Source: an uncultured Pirellulaceae bacterium
GTDB lineage: Bacteria; Planctomycetota; Planctomycetia; Pirellulales; Pirellulaceae
Assembly: GCA_964617665.1 (NCBI GenBank)
Contig: CAZUAH010000008.1
Coordinates: 1-64,000, forward strand
Direction: 5' to 3'
DNA: 64,000 nt
A program made the position numbers and the translations under genes. This document shows, piece by piece, positions 26,654 to 37,098 of this stretch. Below the pieces are notes generated by a model. It saw only the letters and a program-made list of their open reading frames with translations, searched no databases and was not told the origin of the DNA. Every line of letters begins with the position of its first letter. Within the stretch, counting starts at the first letter, position 1.

Positions 26654-26853
26654 ATTCAACCCGAAGATTGAGCTGCGGTAGACTACGAGGCGTGCTTTGG
26701 ACATCAAAAGGACGATGATGCCACATAATAAATTGTACGTTCCCAAATCCCGAGCCGAAAGGTCCTATCACGGACATCTGAATCGGATGAGGCGGCCAAT
26801 GAAGCCACTGCCGTGCGCAATCAACAGATAAGCAACTGCGGACAGCCGAATAG

Positions 26854-28731
26854 TCAATCAAGGACCTTCGTAAGCCCTGCCTTTGTGGCTAACGACTCGG
26901 GGTCCTCGTACGGCAGTGATTTAAGAAAGGCGACTAGGTCCGAGATCTGCGTTTCCGTCAAGTGACTCGTTCTTCCGTGCCTGTCCGCTGGGTTGTAGAC
27001 CGAGAACACTTCCTCCAAGGTCTCGCCCTTGCCGTGGTGAAAGTACGGCGCAGTGCGGTAGACTCCCAACAACGTGGGTGTGTCGTATGCGGGCCCCATG
27101 GTCTCTGTTGGATCGACGTCACCCGTGCCAACGTTGTGGCGGACGATTCGTTCCGTCGGCCTTGGCCGAGAATCAGTGAAGAAAGGCCCCTCATGGCACC
27201 TGCTGCAGCCCGTTTTCGCCGAGAAGAAGACGTCGCGACCTCGCTTGGCCGTTTCGGACAATCCGCCCTTGGCGTGCGGGCTCAGCGTGAACCTATGGGA
27301 ATTGGTATATGCGGCCAGGGCATCGAGATCCGCCGACCGTCCTTTGTTCGGTTGCCCTAAGACTGGCTGCACGTCGCTGCGAAGTAGCCCGCGTCCTTGC
27401 ATCAGCGAGCTGCGAATCGTGTGTTCCCAGTCCTGCACCTCGTCGCGATTCGCCGACCAGAGAACTGGGTGAGTCCAGGCCAGCCCGAACAGCGACGGCG
27501 TATCCCGCTGACCTTCCGTCTTCTGCCACGTCCGGCCATCGGACTCGCCATCTGGATGACAGCTCGAGCAGGAGATCCACCGACGCCCGACCATGGGCTG
27601 CAAAGCCGCATGAAAGAGGATCTTTCCTTGACGTACTTCCTCGCTCAGCGGGTTTTCGCAAACCGGAATTGTGGCCAGCAAGGTGAGCCGCTGTGCATCG
27701 TATGCCGCCACAGAGAAGTCCATCGCGTTGTAGACATAGAAGGTCTTGCCATCCGGAGCCACGCGCACGGCACGCGGATTGTGCCCCAGGCGAAGTTGTC
27801 CGCGGAGGGCTATTTCACGGTAATCGTCGTCGACAACGTCGCAAGCGAACATGTCGTCGGTACCGCTGAAAACAACATAGAACTGCCGCCCGTCCGAAGA
27901 AACAGCCACTTCCCAAGGATTCGCTGTGACTCGGTTTCCCAAGAATGAGTCCATAGGTATCCGCTTGCGGCGGCGGCCTTCGCCTGGATCGGTGTCCACA
28001 ACTGACACGTACGGAAAAATGGACCCTTCTCCGTGCGACATCGTCGCTCGCGAACGAATGTGCGCAAAATACGCTTTCGGTCGCCGAGGGTGTGCGACGA
28101 TTTGTCGTACGAGGTTGTCGGTTCGCACGCCGTGCCATTCGTCAGTGATTCTCCCCGTCGCAAGGTCCACAGCTTTCACGATTGTGGTATAGAACTCGGC
28201 AACAAACGCTCGACGTCCATCGGGTGACAGGGCGATGCCTCTGATGAAGTTACCGACTTCGAACTGCCGAGCAACTTCACGTGTCTCGACGTCGATTTCG
28301 ACGATTCGTCCCGGGTAGTCCAGCGTAACGTACAGTCGGTCGCCCCGTTCGTTGCACACAATCCCGTATGGCTCATCGAACACCTCAGTTTGTCCCGTAG
28401 GCTTTCCGGCATCCGCGTCGACGTAAACGATCTTATCTTCACCATAGACGGCAACAGCAACCTCATGCGTCGTTCCGATGAAGCTAACGCCTTCCGGCTT
28501 GGCGCCCACCGTGACCTCGTTCCGTTTTGCATGGTCATCCAGATTGGCGATCGTTACGGTTCCGCTGTCGCGGTTTGCACACGCGAGCAATTCGCCGTCA
28601 CGAGAAATGTCCATCAAGCTATTGGACGATCCGGCCACCGCGGGCGAAACCAGGCAGGCCGACGCCGCAGCGCCAACAACCGCCAGCGCCGCCTGCCGCC
28701 AGAGTGCAGCCACTGGGAGCCGCAAGTTCAT
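26854..28731 (-). CDS. Di-haem cytochrome c peroxidase (MauG/CCP) family domain fused to an N-terminal beta-propeller (YVTN/NHL-like)
   Basis: Start MNLRLPVAALWRQAALAVVGAAASAC. C-terminal CSSCH and CSRCHEGP haem motifs with CCP-like context (TPSLFGLAWTHPVLWSANRDEVQDWEH, PYFHHGKGETLEEV). Confidence 0.85.
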   Translation of the reverse strand: MNLRLPVAALWRQAALAVVGAAASACLVSPAVAGSSNSLMDISRDGELLACANRDSGTVTIANLDDHAKRNEVTVGAKPEGVSFIGTTHEVAVAVYGEDKIVYVDADAGKPTGQTEVFDEPYGIVCNERGDRLYVTLDYPGRIVEIDVETREVARQFEVGNFIRGIALSPDGRRAFVAEFYTTIVKAVDLATGRITDEWHGVRTDNLVRQIVAHPRRPKAYFAHIRSRATMSHGEGSIFPYVSVVDTDPGEGRRRKRIPMDSFLGNRVTANPWEVAVSSDGRQFYVVFSGTDDMFACDVVDDDYREIALRGQLRLGHNPRAVRVAPDGKTFYVYNAMDFSVAAYDAQRLTLLATIPVCENPLSEEVRQGKILFHAALQPMVGRRWISCSSCHPDGESDGRTWQKTEGQRDTPSLFGLAWTHPVLWSANRDEVQDWEHTIRSSLMQGRGLLRSDVQPVLGQPNKGRSADLDALAAYTNSHRFTLSPHAKGGLSETAKRGRDVFFSAKTGCSRCHEGPFFTDSRPRPTERIVRHNVGTGDVDPTETMGPAYDTPTLLGVYRTAPYFHHGKGETLEEVFSVYNPADRHGRTSHLTETQISDLVAFLKSLPYEDPESLATKAGLTKVLD

Positions 28732-28804
28732 CGGTTCGATCCTCTCTGTCTCGTTCTGTCGCGGTCCGCCCGATGTACCGTTGCGCCGCTTCGAACGCCG
28801 CGCA

Positions 28805-28839
28805 GAAAAAACCCGCTTCCACAATACAGGAAGCGGGTC
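28805..28839 (-). terminator. Rho-independent terminator (ACCCGCTTCC/GGAAGCGGGT stem plus U6) downstream of the redoxin gene
   Basis: Plus strand reads aaaaaACCCGCTTCCacaatacagGAAGCGGGT. On the minus strand the stem is followed by UUUUUU. Confidence 0.6.
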
Positions 28840-28874
28840 GGTACTTACGCTAATGTCTTACGACATCTCGGAGG

Positions 28875-29429
28875 TCACTCCAAGATCTTGCTCGTAGCCG
28901 CGACCACCTGCTTGACAGCAGCGGCGGTCAAATCACCCTTGGCGAAGGCACAGTTTGCCTTGATCTCTTTCTTGACGTACAGATGCACAGTTACGTCGGC
29001 CTCTTTGGCCAGATTGTACCTGGGCGGCCCTGCTACGCCGTCGAAGATCGCCAGTGGGAGGTTCTTGATGCCGTGTTTCTCGGCAAACTCCTGAACCTTC
29101 TTTTCATCGGTGTCTGGATCTTCACTCAACAGGACGACAAAACCTGTCATCTTCTTGTCTTGGTTATCGCCTGCTACCGCGTCGAGCTGCTTGACCAAAC
29201 TGGCCAAGTCGTCGGATAGCTCACGTGCAAACACGTTCGCCACCGGACGAGAACCCAGTCGTCAGATGAAGCAGAGCGATTTACCCTTACTCGGGCCAGT
29301 GCAGTCCTTGACCTGAAATGCACCGGCTCGCTTGCCGACTTCCAGGCCTGATTTCAGATCTGCACCCGCCGCCATCGTGCCGACCGACATGGCCAGCAAC
29401 GCGAGGGACGGAACGACAAGTCGCATCAT
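28875..29429 (-). CDS. Secreted thioredoxin-fold (redoxin/TlpA-like) protein interrupted by an in-frame TGA in a C-F-I-TGA context; candidate selenoprotein (CxxU), otherwise a pseudogene
   Basis: ORFs 29262-29477 and 28875-29243 are in the same frame, separated only by TGA at 29262-29264. Upstream part: signal peptide then ...KDCTGPSKGKSLCFI. Downstream part: RLGSRPVANVF...MTGFVVLLSEDPDTDEKKVQEFAEKHGIKNLPLAIFDGVAGPPRY..., which resembles the post-CxxC half of TlpA/ResA redoxins including the cis-Pro loop. A possible stem-loop (ACGUG-UUUG-CACGU) lies ~25 nt 3-prime of the UGA. Confidence 0.55.
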
Positions 29430-29765
29430 GGATGTCACCTCCCTTGAAAACAGGATCTTACTGTAGAACACACGCACACACGCGGACGCATAAATCCGCC
29501 AGAATCAGTGTAGGCGAGTACCAAGCCACATGCAACGCAAATAGGGAAAAATCTGCTGCAAGCGAACGACGCGGCAAATGCAGTCGTGAGAGTCCAGGGA
29601 GAATCGTGTCTTCTCAACGGCGACCGGGTAGAAACCGAGACAAAAAGCGGCAAAACGGCAGGCCCGAGCGAAATTCGCACAAGACAGCCTAGCCCGTGGC
29701 AACTTGTCAACAGTATGATGAGAGTTGTTTGTCCAGTATCAAGCCGTCTCCGGGAGGTGTATGTG

Positions 29766-30815
29766 ATGTCGTGCGTAAGAAACGTGGTGAGATTTACCGT
29801 GTTTGGTCTAGTGTGTTGCGGTGTAATGGTGGCTGTGGCAGCGGATGAGGAAGCGAAAGACAAGCCGGCGGGTACCGTGGCGTCGGCGGAGGAGATCGCC
29901 GAGCTGATCCGGCAACTCGACGCTGATCAGTATTCGCAGCGTGAAGCCGCCACCAAGCGGTTGATGAACGTCGGCAAACCGGCGGTGCCGGCCGTGAGTA
30001 AGGCTGCGGTGGAAGGCAGCCTGGAAGTCACGGGGCGGTCGATCGATATCCTCAAAAAGCTCTACGAATCGTCAGACGAGGCAACCAAAACGGCTGCGGA
30101 GAAAGCACTGCAGGCACTGGCTGACGGCGATCACCGCGCAGCAGCACGCCGCGCCAAAGACATCTTGAAGCCGAAGCAAGCCGCTGGACAGATGGCCCCC
30201 GGTGGGAACATCATCCTTGGTGGAGCCAATATCCAGATCCAAGTTGGGGGCGCGGCCAACGGCAAGAAGGTGAGCATCAAGACGGTCAACGGCGTGAAGA
30301 CGATCGAAGCTGAGGAGAATGGCAAGAAGATCAAGATCGTCGACGACCCAAATCAGGGCATCAAGATGGAGATCACCACGAAGAAAGACGGCAAAGAACA
30401 GACTGAGAAGATCGAGGCCAAGAATGCCGACGAACTCAAGAAGAAGAACAAAGAAGCGCACGAAATCTACGAGGAGTATTCCAAGAAGCAGGGCGGCATC
30501 GCCGCGGTCCAATTTCAATTCAACCAAGGGAACATCCGTCGCAAGGCAGTGGCACTACCGGCAATGGCCCGCGTGAAACGCAAGCAGGTCGACATGGCCG
30601 CTACGATGCTTCGAGGCATGGGAATGCAGATTACTCGCCTGACAGGCGAGGACCAATTGGAGGATGCATCGAAGGAATCGATCGCCGAGTTGAAAAAGCG
30701 ACTTGATGAAGTGAAAAAACAGATCGCCGAGTTGGAAAAACGCATCGACGCTCGGAGCAAAGAGGCCGAGAAAGAGGCGCAAGAGGAGAAGTCACCGGAA
30801 AAGCAGCCCAAGTGA
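29766..30815 (+). CDS. Secreted Lys/Glu-rich coiled-coil protein, hypothetical
   Basis: Start MSCVRNVVRFTVFGLVCCGVMVAVAA with GGGAGG Shine-Dalgarno. 4-bp overlap with the downstream gene. Confidence 0.7.
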   Translation: MSCVRNVVRFTVFGLVCCGVMVAVAADEEAKDKPAGTVASAEEIAELIRQLDADQYSQREAATKRLMNVGKPAVPAVSKAAVEGSLEVTGRSIDILKKLYESSDEATKTAAEKALQALADGDHRAAARRAKDILKPKQAAGQMAPGGNIILGGANIQIQVGGAANGKKVSIKTVNGVKTIEAEENGKKIKIVDDPNQGIKMEITTKKDGKEQTEKIEAKNADELKKKNKEAHEIYEEYSKKQGGIAAVQFQFNQGNIRRKAVALPAMARVKRKQVDMAATMLRGMGMQITRLTGEDQLEDASKESIAELKKRLDEVKKQIAELEKRIDARSKEAEKEAQEEKSPEKQPK

Positions 30816-33031
30816 TGAGCCAGATAGAGATGCAAAAATTTCCAGGAAAACTGGGTTTACTGACTCTCCTTGTTCTGCCGTGTGGAATAGCAGCCCTACT
30901 GAATGCGGGCACCGCGATCGGGTCGGAAAGCGAGCGGTCGGTGGACCTTTCGTCCGAAGTGCTTGTGCCGGCTTCGCCCGCTGCGAGGCGACGCCTAGCT
31001 TCTGCTCGAGAGGCTGTCCAACAGCAGCGCTACGTCGACGCTGTAAGTGCGATCCAGAAGCTGCTGTCCGCGGAAGTCGAGGACGGTTTCACCGGCCGGT
31101 CGGAAGGCACCGCAACCTGCAGCACTCTAAAGGTCGAGGCGGCTCGCCTGATGGATCTGATGCCGCGCGAGGCTCACCAATTGTACGAGCTTCAGTTCGG
31201 TGCCATCGCCCAAGGGCTGCTGGACGAGGCCGTCGGCCGAGGCGATCACGAAGCATTGGCGCGGTTGAGCGCGACCTACTTCCATACCGAGGCCGGCTGC
31301 CATGCCACGTTGCTTCTGGCCCGTGACCGGCTCGACTGCGGGCGCCCACGCGAGGCCCTGACGTGGCTGCGGCGGCTGAACGAGTCGCCGGCCACAGCCA
31401 GACGCTGTCAGCCCGAACTTGCGCTGCTGACGACGGTAAGCTGGATCCTTCTGGACGAACGTGCCAGAGCCCGGAAGGTGATTGAACGGCTCGGTGCTGA
31501 TCATCCCCAGGCCATCGTGCGCATCGGCGACGAGCAACTAAACGCCGCCCGCGACGCGGATCGCGTGGTTCGCCTGCTTGATCAGGCTTGCGGCGTCATC
31601 CTTCCTTCGTCCGCAACCGGGCCGGAGTGGCGCATGTTTCGCGGGGATGCGACACGCAATGCGGCGAGCGATTGGAATGGGCAATTGGGCGAATTGTCGT
31701 GGCTCGTGAAAATGGACGCTGACGATTCTGAGGAAGACAGCGACGACGAATCGGCAGGCCTGCCAGCTCTGTATCCGTTGGCCGTCTCTGGCGAGGTATT
31801 GGCTCGCACGCCTGCCGGACGGCTTGTGGCGATCGAGTCAAACACGGGCAAACGAATTTGGGAGTACCCTCGCGAATGGCCCGAAGAACCTTCCGGTGAC
31901 ACCACCGGGCGCGGTGTCATCATGCTCGGTGGCCAAATCGGTCCTCAGGCTCAACGTTGGCAAGACGCTATCTCCGGCCAGTTGAGCAGCGATGGTCGGC
32001 ACGTGTATCTCGTGGACGGATTGGCTGGAAGCCAGGGCTCAAGTTCGGCACGCATGATCAGGAATCGCGCAGTGCAATGGCGACTGGGCACCACGCCAGC
32101 CCACAACAGGCTCGTCGCGTTGAGCCAACAGCGACAAGGCGCGGTGGTCTGGTCCGTGGGCGGAGCTGATGGTGAGGACGAACCTGGATTGGCCGGCGTC
32201 TTCTTCCTGGGTGCGCCCGTGTGTGACGGCTCCCGATTGTACGCACTGGCCGAGATCAGCGGTGAACTGGCGTTGGTCGCACTGTTGGCCGACTCCGGCC
32301 GTTTGAAGTGGTGGCAGCCGCTGGCGCGTCCCCATCTTCCGATTACTCGAGACTGGCAACGACGCATGGCCGGTGCCACACCTTCGATGGCCGACGGAGT
32401 TATCATCTGTCCAACGTCGGCCGGTGTTGTCGTGGCAGCGGAAACTCTGACCGGCCGGCTGCTGTGGGGCTACCAGTATCCACGGACTCAGAACGCTGCG
32501 GGGCAAGTACTGCGATTCCCGTTCGGCCGAGTGCCCCAACACGCGGATAAGCAAAACGCGCAGGGTTGGGTCGACGCCAGCGCAACGATCGCCGAAGGCC
32601 GCGTGTTGCTGACGCCGGTCGACTCGGACGAGTTGCTATGCCTGGACTTGCTCACGGGCAAGGCCCTGTGGGCATGGGAAGGCGATGCAATGCTGTACGT
32701 TGCGGGTGTCCATGACGACAAGGTAGTCGTCGTGGGCGAGAAAGAGATAGTGGCCCTGAATCTCGCCGACGGCCGCACCGCATGGCCAAACACTCACCTC
32801 GCGCTGCCACCGGACGCCAAACCAGGCGGCCGAGGTTTCCGCGCCGGCGGATTCTACTACCTGCCGACTGACCAGGCCATGATCATTAAGATCAACTTGG
32901 CCGACGGCAAACTCGTCGAGCGCATCAAGACGCCAACCGTACCCGGCAATCTGCTCGGACTCAAAGACCGCCTGCTCTGGCAAGCCGCCGAAGGCCTCTG
33001 GCAATTCATATCCGTGGCTCCGCCCCATTGA
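30812..33031 (+). CDS. Secreted PQQ-repeat beta-propeller protein with N-terminal helical domain
   Basis: 739 aa. Signal peptide; repeats KRIWEY, RLLWGY, KALWAW, GRTAWP. Confidence 0.85.
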   Translation: MMSQIEMQKFPGKLGLLTLLVLPCGIAALLNAGTAIGSESERSVDLSSEVLVPASPAARRRLASAREAVQQQRYVDAVSAIQKLLSAEVEDGFTGRSEGTATCSTLKVEAARLMDLMPREAHQLYELQFGAIAQGLLDEAVGRGDHEALARLSATYFHTEAGCHATLLLARDRLDCGRPREALTWLRRLNESPATARRCQPELALLTTVSWILLDERARARKVIERLGADHPQAIVRIGDEQLNAARDADRVVRLLDQACGVILPSSATGPEWRMFRGDATRNAASDWNGQLGELSWLVKMDADDSEEDSDDESAGLPALYPLAVSGEVLARTPAGRLVAIESNTGKRIWEYPREWPEEPSGDTTGRGVIMLGGQIGPQAQRWQDAISGQLSSDGRHVYLVDGLAGSQGSSSARMIRNRAVQWRLGTTPAHNRLVALSQQRQGAVVWSVGGADGEDEPGLAGVFFLGAPVCDGSRLYALAEISGELALVALLADSGRLKWWQPLARPHLPITRDWQRRMAGATPSMADGVIICPTSAGVVVAAETLTGRLLWGYQYPRTQNAAGQVLRFPFGRVPQHADKQNAQGWVDASATIAEGRVLLTPVDSDELLCLDLLTGKALWAWEGDAMLYVAGVHDDKVVVVGEKEIVALNLADGRTAWPNTHLALPPDAKPGGRGFRAGGFYYLPTDQAMIIKINLADGKLVERIKTPTVPGNLLGLKDRLLWQAAEGLWQFISVAPPH

Positions 33032-33122
33032 TCGACGCCAGATGCGAGTGCCTGCAGAGCCCCGTCATCTGCTATAATGCATGAGGGCAAGGTTCGATTC
33101 TAGCGGATGAAGGGGACTTGAG

Positions 33123-35174
33123 ATGAAGTGTGCAGCCCTCTTGCTGGTTTCACTTGCAGTTGTTGGTGCGTTCTCGCGAGATTCATTGGCTGCTGAAGAT
33201 GCGCAGCGCGAGAACAACTCGGGGCTGGCGAAGCAGACGAGGGAGAAGTCGGAAGCACCGAAGAAGCCACGTGATGAGACATCCAGCGATTCCCGTCCAG
33301 CCAAACGGGGTGACCCGCAGATCTTTGCGCCGATTGTAGTGGAAGCCGAAGGCTTCCCCTGCTCGGTGACAATGAAGTCGCGCGATGGGATTGGCGAAAG
33401 GCCGTTTAATCTCGTGGGAGTGAAGGGTCTGGTGCCATACGAAGAACAAGCGGCGGCCTACGAGTCTGCTTTCGCCAAGGCGACGGGATATAGCCCCTAT
33501 CAGGACGTTCCGAGATACCTGTTCTTCGTGGCGGAAAGGGCTGATGTACCAGTCGATCCTGAAGCCTCACTCGAATGGAAGCCAATTTCCAACAGCAACT
33601 ACGCCATGAAATTGTCGTTGCGATACGCCGAAACCGTTACCGAGATTGCGGACGAGGCATACATCGTTCCGGGCGTTCTCACCATGCCGATTCCGTCCAT
33701 CCAGCCGACGGCAAGCGACTCGTTGTCGCTACACAGCAAGGTTCCCAAGAGGAATACGCAACAGAATCCGGACCCGCAGCATGACGATGAGCAGCGCCGA
33801 CGAAAGAACGCAGAGGATCATCGCGAGGGCGTGACACCGCGAAAGGAATACAAGATGGTCCGCTTTTTCGATTTCCACGCCAAGGCCGGGCAGTCGTATC
33901 GCTATCGTATCGCAGTCGTGCTGGAGGATCCCAATCGGCCGCGAGATCCCGAGAAGCCGGCACCCGACAAGAGCAACCTCGAGGCTTCGGTTGTGCGGAG
34001 ACTTGAAGAAATAGAGGCAGCAGACGAAGCGTTTTCCAAGAAGAACGGAAAACCCCGCAGGACCTTCTATCGGCAAACGGCGTGGAGCGAGCCAAGCAAC
34101 ATCGTAACGGTAGGCCAGGCTCCCGAGAGCGGCTCTCCGCCCGAGTCTTTGCCCACACAAGTGAAGGAATCTGTTCGTGAGACCAAGGAAGGCGTAGTGG
34201 CCGAATGGGAGAAGCAATACGCGCGTCAGCGCGCGGTTTTGAGGTGGCCTCGCGAATTGGGGGAAGACTTCAATGCCGCGGTTGGAGGCATACATCCTAT
34301 CGAAACCAAAGTGGATTTCCCCACATCGCCGCGTAAGCAACTGGAGATCGACTTGCGTCATCGCTACGCCAAGTATGTCGAGCATCTCCTGCCAGAGTTG
34401 GCCGCGCTGATCGGTTCTCGCTGGGCTCCTCAATTCAATGCCACGGAAATGAAGGATATCCGCGAAGGACGCAGCCAGGGCACCACAGACCCCAAGCGAA
34501 AACCGGATGTGGTTCACTGGAGCCCCGCGGACCAAAAGCGTCTACTGGAAAACCACTTCAACTGGTCATCGCAATCCGGCGGCGTACCCTCGACCCTGCA
34601 AGTGCTTTACGCTCAGGAGGATCTGTGGGTTCTCGAAGCGATTATGCGGATCATTCGCGAGACTAATGGCAAAGTTCAATCAAAGGAGGAGGCGGTCGTC
34701 AAGGCGATCCAACACATTCGGATCGGCCGCGATACTGTGGCGCACGATCGCGAAATCGACCAACGCGACCCGGCAAATGACCGTTACGTAGATGGGAGGG
34801 GCACACCGCTACTTGGCGGCCAATTGCGATCAGCCGTGCGGTCACCGGGCGGAGATCCCAGTCTGGCGATCGCCAAACGCCTTCCGGTCAGCATGAAGAT
34901 GACGATGGACCAACAGCACATCAACAAGCTGCTAGTCGCCTGTGGCGAATCGCACCTACCATTGGAAGTCAGGCAAATTCGCCTCGGCCATACCCCATTA
35001 CCGGATCGCTTGGGGGACGCTCTCAACAGGAAGACAGTGGACGAAGCACCGAAAGATGGCAACCAAGGAAGACAGCCTCAAACGAGCCTCCCACAATTCC
35101 CAGACGTGACGGTCGAACTAGATGGTCTGATCTACATCTATAACCCGGTGGAGAGCGAGAGTTCAGCACGTTAA
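33123..35174 (+). CDS. Secreted hypothetical protein (683 aa)
   Basis: Signal peptide MKCAALLLVSLAVVGAFS; long ORF with coherent composition; no recognised motif. Confidence 0.8.
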   Translation: MKCAALLLVSLAVVGAFSRDSLAAEDAQRENNSGLAKQTREKSEAPKKPRDETSSDSRPAKRGDPQIFAPIVVEAEGFPCSVTMKSRDGIGERPFNLVGVKGLVPYEEQAAAYESAFAKATGYSPYQDVPRYLFFVAERADVPVDPEASLEWKPISNSNYAMKLSLRYAETVTEIADEAYIVPGVLTMPIPSIQPTASDSLSLHSKVPKRNTQQNPDPQHDDEQRRRKNAEDHREGVTPRKEYKMVRFFDFHAKAGQSYRYRIAVVLEDPNRPRDPEKPAPDKSNLEASVVRRLEEIEAADEAFSKKNGKPRRTFYRQTAWSEPSNIVTVGQAPESGSPPESLPTQVKESVRETKEGVVAEWEKQYARQRAVLRWPRELGEDFNAAVGGIHPIETKVDFPTSPRKQLEIDLRHRYAKYVEHLLPELAALIGSRWAPQFNATEMKDIREGRSQGTTDPKRKPDVVHWSPADQKRLLENHFNWSSQSGGVPSTLQVLYAQEDLWVLEAIMRIIRETNGKVQSKEEAVVKAIQHIRIGRDTVAHDREIDQRDPANDRYVDGRGTPLLGGQLRSAVRSPGGDPSLAIAKRLPVSMKMTMDQQHINKLLVACGESHLPLEVRQIRLGHTPLPDRLGDALNRKTVDEAPKDGNQGRQPQTSLPQFPDVTVELDGLIYIYNPVESESSAR

Positions 35175-35191
35175 CGCTGGATTCCACTGGT

Positions 35192-36343
35192 CTATTCGTA
35201 TTTCTCCTTCAGCACCGCCGCTGCCTCGGCGATGCGGTGGATCTTTTTCACTGCCACCTCTTCCTCGTTGACGCAGCGGTTGGCGAAGCAGCCGAACCCG
35301 CAGTCCGGGTTCAAGAACATCTGTTCAGGGCTGTAGTACTCCAACGCCAGCTCGGCCTTGGCCACGATTTCCGCGACACTTTCCGGGTCCGCGGTGCGCG
35401 GATTCACGACACCCAGCCCAATTTCGCGGTCGGACAGCGTTTTGCCCACCACGTGCACGTCGCCCGCGCGCGGCGTGGCGTATTCCAGTACGAATTGGCT
35501 GACCTTGATTTTCGTGAACGCGGGTAACAGTCGCTCGTAGTCACCTGTCAGCAGCACCTCCTCTTTGCGGCTCCAGTTGCCGCGGCAGACATGCAAACCG
35601 ATGCGCACGCCGTTTATGCCTTCGATCACGCGGTTCAGAAGCTCGGCCGCGTACTCCAACTCCGCACCCGCATCACGGCGGGTCGCCAGGGTCGCTCACA
35701 TGAATGTGCGGCGGTCGCAGTCCTCCGAGAACACTATCTCCGTGAGCACCGGCTCGTCGAACTGCACGAAGGCTGCGCCCGCCTCCTTCAGATCGATCAG
35801 TTCCTCGCGGAGGATCTTCACCACGTCGTCGCCCATCTCCGTCTTATCGTCGTATCCCTGGCCGGAGAAGGCGCCTACCCACATGGCGCGCGTGAGCAGG
35901 TACGGTCCGGGCAGTGTGACCTTCACGGGCTTGTCGGTGATCTCTTGCACGAAGCGAAGCTCTTTCACGGCCAGCGGCTCTCGCCTCGAAATCCGGCCCA
36001 CGCACGTGGGATTCTTGATGGCGGACGCAGGCACATCGAGCGTGTCAAGTATTTCCTCGAATCCGGATTTGTCTTCTACCGTGTCCAGCATTTCAGCCAA
36101 GGACATCAGCTTCGTTCCATCCAGCTTGTCCGTGACAAAGGAGTAGAAGTTGTCCCGCCGCTGCTCGCCGTCCACCACAATGTCCACACCGGCCGCAACC
36201 TGGTGCTCGACGCAGCGGCGGACCTCGCCGTCCGCCACGCGATCGAACTCGCCGGCTGTCATGCGCCCCTTCTGCCTGTCACGCAACGCGCGCAGCAGAT
36301 CTTTCGATCGTGGCCAGCTACCCACTTGGGTTACGGTAAACAT
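35192..36343 (-). pseudogene. Cobalamin-independent methionine synthase (MetE C-terminal-domain-like, Meth_synt_2 family) interrupted by an in-frame TGA
   Basis: ORFs 35696-36484 and 35192-35659 share a frame. TGA at 35696-35698 falls between ...VQFDEPVLTEIVFSEDCDRRTFM and ATLATRRDAGAELEYAAELL.... Family motifs MFTVTQVGSWPRS, VQFDEP, zinc ligands HVC (IGLHVCRG) and NPDCGFG. GGAGGG Shine-Dalgarno at 36349. Confidence 0.7.
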
Positions 36344-36354
36344 TATCCCTCCGG

Positions 36355-37086
36355 TCAAACGATGGCCAGTTTCGCCTTGAGTTCCACGGCCTTTTTCAAT
36401 GTTTGCGCCAGCGGCGAACGATCGAATGTGCGCTTCCACGACGCCCGCACCTTCTCCGCGTCGTCTAACGTCGAAGCAAAGCACTTCAGCTCGATGGACT
36501 TGAAAGACGGATCGCCATCCTCGATCCCAAGGTGGGCCAGCACATTGTCGAGCTTCCCCTTGATAGAGATCTCGATGTCATCGATTTCGAGCCCGTCCTT
36601 CGCGCACTCCGTAGCGAATCCCGTGCTCAACGCACCGGCCAGCGCTGCCAACAGGTACTCGGCGGCTGATGGATGCACGTCCTTCTCCTCGAAGCTCGCG
36701 GGTTGGCCCACGTCGAAGGAGAAGTTGCGGAAGTAGACCGTGCTCTTCAGATGACCCGTGGACCGAGACCGGGCGCGCCACTCGTAGGTCTTGGCTCTCT
36801 CCTTGTCTTCGTCCAGGGCCTTCTCCTCATCTTCGGCCGGCTGGCCGCGCCGCAAGAAGTAACGCACGCATTCTGCTCCAGGCAGTGCTCCCAGGTACTC
36901 GTGTCCGGTCATGCGGCACCACGGTGGCAGGTCATCAGCCACCGTCGCTTCGCGGCTGCGCATCTCCAAGATGCCGCCCACCGGCACTTCGAGCATGTTC
37001 CCGCGCAAAATCAGCACCAGCCCGGACCCGCAGTCCAGGTCGCCGCCGTCGAACATGCGGTCAGGCTTGATTTCGTCGAGGTTCAT
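36355..37086 (-). CDS. Fusion of a TusA-like sulfur-carrier domain and an OsmC/Ohr-family domain
   Basis: N-term FDGGDLDCGSGLVLILRGNMLEVPVGGILEMRSREATVADDLPPWCRMTGHEYL is collinear with TusA (LDALGLRCPEPVMM...CRFMEHELV). C-term PSAAEYLLAALAGALSTGFATECAKDGLEIDDIEISIKG is OsmC-like. Confidence 0.8.
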   Translation of the reverse strand: MNLDEIKPDRMFDGGDLDCGSGLVLILRGNMLEVPVGGILEMRSREATVADDLPPWCRMTGHEYLGALPGAECVRYFLRRGQPAEDEEKALDEDKERAKTYEWRARSRSTGHLKSTVYFRNFSFDVGQPASFEEKDVHPSAAEYLLAALAGALSTGFATECAKDGLEIDDIEISIKGKLDNVLAHLGIEDGDPSFKSIELKCFASTLDDAEKVRASWKRTFDRSPLAQTLKKAVELKAKLAIV

Positions 37087-37098
37087 CGATCCCTCTGG

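Noticed and set aside
35696-35698. Selenocysteine at the in-frame TGA of the MetE-like gene
   Set aside because: The position lies between the DEP and HxC motifs where MetE homologs have no conserved Cys. A Trp-to-stop (TGG to TGA) change or an error is more parsimonious.
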